Shown piece after piece: positions 31,869 to 32,000 of a stretch of DNA of 32,000 bases. The stretch covers positions 4,590,001-4,622,000 of the forward strand of contig NZ_CP147990.1 of the NCBI RefSeq assembly GCF_037902255.1, read 5' to 3'. Source of the DNA: Candidatus Electrothrix sp. GW3-4. GTDB taxonomy: Bacteria > Desulfobacterota > Desulfobulbia > Desulfobulbales > Desulfobulbaceae. The translations under genes were made by a program, and so were the position numbers. The notes beneath the pieces are model-generated. The model saw nothing but the letters and a program-made list of their open reading frames with translations, had not been told where the DNA came from and searched no databases. The first letter of the stretch is position 1. Each line of letters starts with the position of its first letter.

Positions 31869-32000
31869 ATGAAAGATATCTTACGAATGACCCACCAGCG
31901 TGAATTGATTCTAGAAGAGCTTGGAAATTGCCATAACCATCCTACTGCTGATGCATTGTACGAGCGAATCAAGAAGAAGTTACCGCGTATCAGCTTGGCT
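31869..32000 (+). CDS. Fur-family transcriptional regulator (Fur/PerR/Zur-like); N-terminal 44 aa, continues past the right window edge
   Basis: Absent from the ORF track because it is open at the edge. My translation from the ATG at 31869 is MKDILRMTHQRELILEELGNCHNHPTADALYERIKKKLPRISLA. The T.QR..IL..L....HPTA..(L/I)Y......P.IS(L)AT(VYR) pattern is the Fur-family winged-helix N-domain. Confidence 0.8.
   Translation, partial: MKDILRMTHQRELILEELGNCHNHPTADALYERIKKKLPRISLA

Noticed and set aside
31613-31972. 119-aa minus-strand ORF
   Set aside because: It overlaps the start of the motif-supported Fur-family gene on the other strand. Its K/N/Y/F-rich sequence looks like translation of AT-rich non-coding DNA.

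Overview
This 32-kb chromosomal window has roughly 50% GC by eye. The gene content looks like a Desulfobacterota/deltaproteobacterial-type genome, but that is a weak inference from content alone. Most of the window is envelope, lipid and housekeeping genes. On the minus strand these are a HAD hydrolase, an HD-domain protein, a YkgJ-type Cys-cluster protein, bamA, a PlsC-type acyltransferase, a TelA/XpaC-like pair, a TVP38/DedA-like protein, recO, a RodZ-like protein and a SurA-like protein. On the plus strand they are tRNA-Phe, a PilZ protein, methyltransferases, plsY, a TlpA-like redoxin, a tightly packed sirC / hemX(ccsA)-like / hemA cluster, and the start of a Fur-family regulator. Four accessory or unusual pieces stand out. 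(1) At the left edge there is an AT-rich three-gene cassette with Lamassu / ABC-three-component (ABC-3C) architecture: an Mrr-like nuclease effector, a small middle protein and a coiled-coil ABC/SMC-like ATPase. It is followed 30 nt later by a DUF262 (GmrSD-N-like) gene that runs off the window. This is the only clearly conflict-system-like locus. (2) An apparently intact ~1.9-kb IS (IS1182/IS5-like DDE transposase, 16/20 terminal inverted repeats) sits about 22 bp upstream of the XpaC-like/TelA pair. (3) A hyper-acidic zinc-ribbon protein carries perfect 42-bp in-frame tandem repeats. It lies next to tRNA-Phe and a sigma54-type promoter in front of a stand-alone PilZ gene. (4) An operon encodes a membrane-anchored GT25-like glycosyltransferase translationally coupled to an RND/MMPL-type exporter fused in frame to a SAM methyltransferase. 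All family assignments come from reading motifs in the translations; no database search was possible.
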